Shown here one piece after another: positions 58,733 to 64,000 of a stretch of 64,000 bases of DNA. This DNA comes from Anaerolineae bacterium. Its GTDB lineage: Bacteria > Chloroflexota > Anaerolineae > Aggregatilineales > UBA3940. Location: contig DAOTXR010000048.1 of the NCBI GenBank assembly GCA_034435375.1, positions 16,984-80,983 of the forward strand, read 5' to 3'. Within the stretch, counting starts at the first letter, position 1; each line of letters opens with the position of its first letter. The translations under genes and the position numbers were made by a program. The notes under the pieces are model-generated. The model worked only from the letters and a program-made list of their open reading frames with translations. It had not been told where the DNA came from and did no database searches.

Positions 58733-59091
58733 GTGAAGCCTCTCACGGCCAATTCCAGGTGCTTGTATGGGCGCATCCCAAGAGACCTGAATAGGTACAT
58801 GGCTGTACGGGCACAGATCGATGTCACTCCTCCCAACAACTCGAGCGAGCGGGCCGTGGGCCAGTATGACATACCTGCCCAACCCTTAGCAACATTTTAC
58901 CAGCGTCACTTCCGCAAAAAGGAAGTTGCCCGGTTCAACACCGGGCAACCGCGGCTCGTTAGGGCCTGCTTCCTATGTCGTCGTTAGTCAACTACGACCG
59001 GGTAGTTACATGACATTCGTCACAGCCCGTTTGTGACACCCGGCACTATTGACGGTGGGCAGACAGTATAGACTCATTGACGTAAGATATA

Positions 59092-59111
59092 TGCATATAC
59101 GCATATATGCA
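59092..59111. promoter_or_regulatory. Near-perfect 20-bp palindrome, candidate ArsR-family operator in the divergent intergenic region
   Basis: TGCATATACG|CATATATGCA (9 of 10 positions complementary). ATATATGCA also occurs as a direct repeat (59087-59095 and 59103-59111). It lies 25 nt upstream of the arsR-like ATG. TTGACG hexamers occur at 59049 and 59077. Confidence 0.5.
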
Positions 59112-59135
59112 AGCTCGGTGCACTGAGGGCCTGAC

Positions 59136-59483
59136 ATGGACACTAACCTCCGCGAAGAGGTCTCCCGGCTGCATGCCCAGGTGTGTGGCGGGTTAGCCGA
59201 TCCCAACCGTATTCTGATTCTCTATGCCCTAAGCGAGAAGCCACATAGTGTTACAGACCTGGCAATTGGGTTAGGACTTTCACAGCCCACTGTCTCACGT
59301 CACCTCAAGACGTTACGTGAGCGCGGCATGGTGAACGCAACCCGTGAAGGTCAGTCGGTGATCTATGCCTTGTCTGACCACCGTATTATTCAGGCGCTGG
59401 ACCTGCTGCGTGCTTTTCTAGCTGAAAGCCTGGAGAGTCAGAGCGCGTTGGCCAGAACCGCCAGTGAAGAGACGCGCAGCTGA
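59136..59483 (+). CDS. ArsR/SmtB-family transcriptional regulator
   Basis: 115 aa. LADPNRILILYALSEKPHSVTDLAIGLGLSQPTVSRHLKTLRERGMV winged-helix core. A single Cys (AQVCGG). Confidence 0.88.
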   Translation: MDTNLREEVSRLHAQVCGGLADPNRILILYALSEKPHSVTDLAIGLGLSQPTVSRHLKTLRERGMVNATREGQSVIYALSDHRIIQALDLLRAFLAESLESQSALARTASEETRS

Positions 59484-59543
59484 GGTTCTGAGGAGGACCC
59501 CGGAGCCTGTTGACTATAGCCTGTTACGACTCAGGAGGCGCTT

Positions 59544-60497
59544 ATGCCCATCAACCGCATACGATATATGTTGATCGTCGCCCTGTTGGGCCTGATGGCC
59601 GCTGTCCTGCTGTGGCCCAGCCCGGTCGATGCTCAGTGCGGTACCCAGGCTTCGTCGTGCAAGAACTGCCACGAAGTTCAGGGCCAGGATCCTGTCAACG
59701 CCGACGGAGCCTGGCACGTCGATCATGCCTTTGGCGACTTCTGCGAGTGGTGTCATGCTGGCAACGTGACTGCCACCGATAAAGACGCCGCCCATCAGGG
59801 AATGATCTACCCCCTGGATGACGTGAAAACCAACTGCTCGACCTGTCATCCCGATGACTACGAGGCCCTGGCCGCCGGTTATGCCAGTGTGCTAGGCGTC
59901 ACGCTGACGACAGGCGAGTCGGCGAGTAGCAGTGATGCCGAAGCCCTAACGCAACTGCCAGATGAAGCAGCTTCTTCAGCGGAGCAGCCAGCTGGGCCGG
60001 ACCAGACCGAGACTGTCGTCTCATCATCTGCTGGAGCCTCGGATGCTGGTGTTGAGCTGATTGACCTCAATGACCGCTATGAAGAGGCAGTCGCCAGGCG
60101 CACACCAGGTCAGGTGAATGTGGGCAACGTGATCCTTGGTGTGATGCTAGTGGGGCTGGTTGGCGTTTCGGGTGTACTGATCTGGCGCTTTGAAGGGCTG
60201 GGGGACCGCTGGGCCGAGTTGCGTGGAAGACTGCCCAAACCCGCCCCCCCGATGGGCACTGCCGCCGTGGCTTCTGAAGCCTACCAGACACTCTTGCCAC
60301 TGCTTGAAAAGGCCAGCCCAGCAACGCTGGCATCCATTGCCCGACTGCTGGAGGAGGACCCACAGCGCGGTGGGCAGATGATCGAGGCGCTGGCCCGCAT
60401 CGACCCCCGCCTGGTCGAGATAGTGCGTCGCTTGGATGAGCGCGACCTCGATCTGCTAATGGTATTGGTCCGTGAGTTGAAGGACCGCAGCCAGTAA
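59544..60497 (+). CDS. Membrane-anchored triheme c-type cytochrome with acidic linker and cytoplasmic helical C-terminal domain
   Basis: 317 aa. Signal peptide, three CxxCH motifs (CKNCH, CEWCH, CSTCH) within ~70 aa, a Ser/Ala/Glu/Asp-rich linker, TM helix VGNVILGVMLVGLVGVSGVLIW, and ~110 aa of helical C-terminus. GGAGG lies 6 nt before the ATG. Confidence 0.8.
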   Translation: MPINRIRYMLIVALLGLMAAVLLWPSPVDAQCGTQASSCKNCHEVQGQDPVNADGAWHVDHAFGDFCEWCHAGNVTATDKDAAHQGMIYPLDDVKTNCSTCHPDDYEALAAGYASVLGVTLTTGESASSSDAEALTQLPDEAASSAEQPAGPDQTETVVSSSAGASDAGVELIDLNDRYEEAVARRTPGQVNVGNVILGVMLVGLVGVSGVLIWRFEGLGDRWAELRGRLPKPAPPMGTAAVASEAYQTLLPLLEKASPATLASIARLLEEDPQRGGQMIEALARIDPRLVEIVRRLDERDLDLLMVLVRELKDRSQ

Positions 60498-60594
60498 GGA
60501 CGCCCTGGGGCGCTCCGGGTGGTTATAGGAGTTGTTCTAACAGTGCACTTGCTGCCCTTGAACGCAGAACTGTCCTATTTAAGGAGATCGCGAA

Positions 60595-61110
60595 ATGCAA
60601 AATCCACTGAAGCAAGAGGAATGGTCGCCCTACGTAGCTGGCGCAGGGCTGGGACTGGTAGCGGTCCTGGCGCTGCTGTTAACCGAACAACTCCCCGGTT
60701 CGTCGGGCGCCTTCCAGAACCTAGCGGCATTTGTTGCCAAACCGCTTTTCCCTGACAACTTCTTTTTCCAATATATGATGCCCCCTGCCATTACCTGGCA
60801 GGTGTGGTTGTTGGTTGGCATCTTCTTCGGCGCGATGGCCTCTGCCCTTCTGGCTGGAGTGTGGAAGCTCGATCCCAACCCCGACCAGCAGTGGAAGAAA
60901 ATCTTCGGTCCTCAACCCTGGAAGCGCTGGGTGATGGCCTTCGTGGGAGGCATTGTTCTGGAATTTGCCGCCGGGATCGCGGGGGGTTGTACCAGTGGCC
61001 TGGCGATCAGTGGGTCGGTGCAGCTGGCCCCTGCTGCCTTTCTGTTCATCCCTGGGATGTTCATTGGCGGCATTCCCGTTGCGCTTGTGATCTACGGCAA
61101 GCGGTACTGA
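60595..61110 (+). CDS. YeeE/YedE-family (sulfur-compound transport) membrane protein, half 1
   Basis: 171 aa, four helices, conserved GGCTSG motif. AAGGAG lies 8 nt before the ATG. Confidence 0.75.
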   Translation: MQNPLKQEEWSPYVAGAGLGLVAVLALLLTEQLPGSSGAFQNLAAFVAKPLFPDNFFFQYMMPPAITWQVWLLVGIFFGAMASALLAGVWKLDPNPDQQWKKIFGPQPWKRWVMAFVGGIVLEFAAGIAGGCTSGLAISGSVQLAPAAFLFIPGMFIGGIPVALVIYGKRY

Positions 61111-61126
61111 TCGAGGAGGCTTTGCC

Positions 61127-61714
61127 ATGACTGTTGGATCTGTAATCATGACGATTGCACTTGGCTTCGTATTCGGTTGGACGCTGGATAAGGCCGGGCT
61201 GACCAAGTACAGCAAGATCGTGAATGTCTTTCGCTTCACCGACCTGACCGTGCTCAAATATATGCTCAGTGCAGTGGTCGTAGGCATGATTGGCATCTGG
61301 ACGTTCAAGGGACTAGGTTGGCTGGACCTGACCGGCACGGTCAATACCTATATCGTCGGCAACCTGCTGGGCGGGGTCTTGTTCGGCGTCGGCATGGCCG
61401 CCGCTGGTTTTTGTCCGGGCACCTGTGTCGCCGGTGGCGGCAGAGGACATTTGGACTATCTCGTCCCTGGTCTGTTGGGTTTTCTGACCGGCGCGGTAAT
61501 CTTTGGTCTGACCTATCGGAGCTTTATGCCTCAGCTCAAGGACATGTTGGATTTCGGCGCGTTGCCGCTTCCTCAGCTGCTCAATGTCAGCGCTGGGTTG
61601 ATGGTAGCTGTTTTTGCCCTGATGTTTCTCCTGGTGCTGTACATCCTGGATCGCACCGGAGCAGCCCGCAAAGACAGGCTGGCCGAGACGCTCAACGATA
61701 CTAGCGGGGACTAG
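61127..61714 (+). CDS. YeeE/YedE-family (sulfur-compound transport) membrane protein, half 2
   Basis: 195 aa, GFCPGTC motif. GAGGAGG lies upstream. 16 nt after half 1. Confidence 0.75.
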   Translation: MTVGSVIMTIALGFVFGWTLDKAGLTKYSKIVNVFRFTDLTVLKYMLSAVVVGMIGIWTFKGLGWLDLTGTVNTYIVGNLLGGVLFGVGMAAAGFCPGTCVAGGGRGHLDYLVPGLLGFLTGAVIFGLTYRSFMPQLKDMLDFGALPLPQLLNVSAGLMVAVFALMFLLVLYILDRTGAARKDRLAETLNDTSGD

Positions 61715-61769
61715 GCTGTGCAAGAGCAAGTAGCCATTCCGCCCCCTTGCTTCTTGTGAGGAGTTAACC

Positions 61770-64000
61770 ATGACCTATAAGCCGACGTCATTCCCCAGCC
61801 AGCCCCGTTTGACGCGCCGAGATTTCCTACGACTGGCAGCTATGGCCGGGACGGGTGCGGCCTACATGGCTATGACGAGCGATGCTAGGGCAGCGTCCAC
61901 TAACGGGCCTCACCTGCCCGGCCCACGTGTGGATGCCGTCGTGCCGACCATGTGCGAGATGTGTGTCTGGCGTTGCGGTGTTCTGGCCAAGGTGCGAGAA
62001 GGCAAGATTGTCAAGCTGGAGGGCAACCCTGAGCACTTGCACTCGCAGGGTCACCTGTGTGCACGCGGCCAGAGCGGCTTGATGATGACCTATGACCCCG
62101 ATCGCCTGCCGTTCCCGCTCAAGCGGGTGGGGGAGCGCGGCAGTGGCCGCTTCCAGCGTATCAGTTGGGAGCAAGCCCTTGACGAGATTGCTGAGAAGAT
62201 GCTCCAGATCAAAGAGCAGTACGGCCCGGAGGCCATGATCTTCTCTAGCACCCACAACCTCAGCCAGCCGTTGTTTGAGAACCTTCTCAGTGCCTACGGC
62301 TCGCCTAATTACGGCACGCAGCGCAGCCTGTGTTTTAACGCCATGATCGCTGCTCACCTGACCACCTTTGGCATTGAGGAGCCAAACCGCAACTATGACG
62401 GCGTTCGGTACATCATCCTCACCGGACGCAACCTGATGGAAGCCATCTCGACCAACGAGACCAAGGCGTTGATGCAGGCCATCGCCGACGGGGCGCATGT
62501 GGTCTATCTCGACCCACGTTTCACCAAGACGGCTTCCAAGTCAACTGAGTGGCTGCCAGTCAAGCCGGGTACCGACTTGGCATTTCACCTGGCATTGATC
62601 CACGTGATCGTCACCGAGAACCTCTATGATGCCGAGTTTGTCCAGCGGTACACGGTTGGGTTCGAGGAGCTGGAGCAGGCCATCCGGCCTTATACGCCGG
62701 AATGGGCTGCGCCCATCACCCAAATCCCAGCGGAGACCATTGCACGCATCGCCCGCGAATTTGCCGCCGCTAAGCCAGACAGTTTCGCTCATCCCGGCTG
62801 GCGTACTTCGAACTTCGTCAACAGCTTCCAGACCGAGCGCGCCATCACTATCCTGAATGCCCTGGTTGGAGTGTGTCACCAGCCGGGCATCTGCCGCCTG
62901 TTCTCCGAAGAGCCGCCAGTCGGGCTGGGTGCGCCGCCCCGACCCGCCTTCCCGCGCATCACAGCGCCGCGTTTGGACGGCGTGCCGTGGAAATATCCAC
63001 TCGTCCCACTCAAACTGGGTGTGTTCCAGGAGCTGCGCGATAACGTCTTGATCGGCCAGCCCTACCAGGCGCATGGTTGGTTCATCAGTCGCCAGAACCC
63101 AGCCATGAGCATCCCAGAGCGGGCCAAGACGGTGGCAGCCTTCAATAAGCTTGACCTGATGGTTGTGGTGGACATTTTTGTCAACGATACGGCCTGGTAC
63201 GCCGATTATGTTCTCCCGGAAGCTACCTACTTAGAGCGTTACGATCCGCTCCATGTCGTTGCCGACCGGGTATTCATCCGCCAGCCGGTGGTTGAACCGC
63301 TGGGCGAGTCGCGGTCGGCGCTATGGATCTACAAGCAACTTGGCGAGCGGTTGGGTCTGGGTGATTACTTCCAGTATGAAGACGATGAGGACTACATCCG
63401 CCAGCAACTTGCGCCGCTGGGCGTTAGCCTGGAGGAGATACGCCAGGTAGGCTACATTGAGGTGCACAACCCAGAACTTGAACCCCGATTCGTCTGGAAC
63501 ACCCCCAGCGGCAAGATCGAGATCGCCAGCGAGACGCTGCGCAATGCCGGTTTCTCTGCCGTGCCCACCTGGGAAGCTCCGCCTGAGCCTCCTGTTGGTC
63601 AGTTCTACTTGCTGACTGGCAAGGTGGGACAGCACACGCAGTTTGCTACTCAGAACAATCTGTACCTGCATGAGGTCTTCCCACGCAATGCGCTGTGGAT
63701 CCACCCCACTCCAGCCGCCGAACGTGGTATCCAGAGCGGTGATGAGGTGATTGTGCGCAGTGAGGTGGGCGAGGTGCGCATCGAAGCGTTGGTGACCGAA
63801 GGCATTCGTCCCGACTGCGTGTACATGACGCCCGGCTTTGGCCATCTCAGCAAGGGGTTGACAACTGCCTTCGGCGAAGGGGCAAGCAGCAGCGATGTGC
63901 ACGTCACCTACACCGATCCGGTCAGCGGCAGCCAGGCGCTTACGCAGACCTTCGTCACCGTCGAGAAGGCTCCGGTCATCAGCCTACTCTCGGTACCGGA
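61770..64000 (+). CDS. Tat-exported molybdopterin (bis-MGD) oxidoreductase catalytic subunit, polysulfide/thiosulfate-reductase-like (PsrA/PhsA-like), 3' end off window
   Basis: Absent from the ORF track (no stop in the window). My hand translation is open from ATG 61770 (GAGGAG upstream) to 64000. It shows twin-arginine signal LTRRDFLRLAAMAGTGAA, an N-terminal [4Fe-4S] motif CEMCVWRCG...(27 residues between Cys3 and Cys4)...C, and MGD-domain blocks (ILTGRN, VYLDPRFTKTA, WLPVKPGTDLA, LTGKVGQHTQF, GDEVIVRSEVGEV). Confidence 0.85.
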   Translation, partial: MTYKPTSFPSQPRLTRRDFLRLAAMAGTGAAYMAMTSDARAASTNGPHLPGPRVDAVVPTMCEMCVWRCGVLAKVREGKIVKLEGNPEHLHSQGHLCARGQSGLMMTYDPDRLPFPLKRVGERGSGRFQRISWEQALDEIAEKMLQIKEQYGPEAMIFSSTHNLSQPLFENLLSAYGSPNYGTQRSLCFNAMIAAHLTTFGIEEPNRNYDGVRYIILTGRNLMEAISTNETKALMQAIADGAHVVYLDPRFTKTASKSTEWLPVKPGTDLAFHLALIHVIVTENLYDAEFVQRYTVGFEELEQAIRPYTPEWAAPITQIPAETIARIAREFAAAKPDSFAHPGWRTSNFVNSFQTERAITILNALVGVCHQPGICRLFSEEPPVGLGAPPRPAFPRITAPRLDGVPWKYPLVPLKLGVFQELRDNVLIGQPYQAHGWFISRQNPAMSIPERAKTVAAFNKLDLMVVVDIFVNDTAWYADYVLPEATYLERYDPLHVVADRVFIRQPVVEPLGESRSALWIYKQLGERLGLGDYFQYEDDEDYIRQQLAPLGVSLEEIRQVGYIEVHNPELEPRFVWNTPSGKIEIASETLRNAGFSAVPTWEAPPEPPVGQFYLLTGKVGQHTQFATQNNLYLHEVFPRNALWIHPTPAAERGIQSGDEVIVRSEVGEVRIEALVTEGIRPDCVYMTPGFGHLSKGLTTAFGEGASSSDVHVTYTDPVSGSQALTQTFVTVEKAPVISLLSVP

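Noticed and set aside
59136-64000. Interpreting the ArsR regulator plus molybdoenzyme as an arsenate-respiration (arr) or arsenite-oxidation locus
   Set aside because: The window holds no arsB/acr3/arsC, and the regulator lacks the classical CVC metalloid site. The YeeE/YedE neighbours point to sulfur compounds. The question is left open as a phylogeny check rather than a claim.
61770-64000. Possible selenocysteine (in-frame TGA) in the molybdoenzyme
   Set aside because: Hand translation shows the frame is open with no internal TGA. A Cys-containing segment (QRSLCFNAM) is the likelier Mo-ligand region.

Overview
This GC-rich bacterial chromosomal segment carries about 50 protein genes and one tRNA. 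I found no rRNA, CRISPR array, transposase, integrase or prophage signature. The lineage looks Chloroflexota-like, but that is inference only. The hints are Thr/Pro-linker and SH3b surface proteins, cdaA-cdaR, a T-box leader, leaderless-type promoters and a giant LVIVD-repeat protein.

Most of the window is core metabolism and housekeeping:
- Glycolysis and gluconeogenesis: gap-pgk-tpiA, class I fbp, ROK glucokinase.
- TCA cycle: acnA, sdhCDAB, icd.
- Translation and envelope: pheST, frr-uppS-cdsA, tilS, der, udk, tRNA-Thr(CGU).
- DNA metabolism: recJ, comM/yifB, family-4 UDG.
- Other: ald, a CoA-transferase, cdaA-cdaR.

The regions worth a second look are:
1. 57.1-58.9 kb: a Rieske/cytochrome b operon in which cytochrome b is split after helix C. 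The C-terminal piece is encoded upstream of the Rieske gene and the N-terminal piece downstream.
2. 59.1-64.0 kb: a divergent locus with ArsR, a membrane-anchored triheme cytochrome c, two YeeE/YedE half-transporters and a Tat-exported Psr/Phs-like molybdopterin oxidoreductase. A near-perfect 20-bp palindrome lies between the two operons.
3. 15.8-20.0 kb: a CBM9-like protein plus two tandem paralogous secreted proteins sharing a Cys-rich domain of unknown function. One paralog has two SH3b domains.
4. 49.8-53.9 kb: a 1389-aa membrane-anchored LVIVD-repeat protein.
5. Upstream of pheST: a T-box leader with a clear promoter, T-box motif and terminator.
6. A TPR giant tightly coupled to cdaA, next to an output-less REC-GAF regulator.
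7. A HEAT-repeat protein with an unknown C-terminal domain, wedged between sdh and icd.

All family assignments come from reading motifs in the translations. No database search was run.
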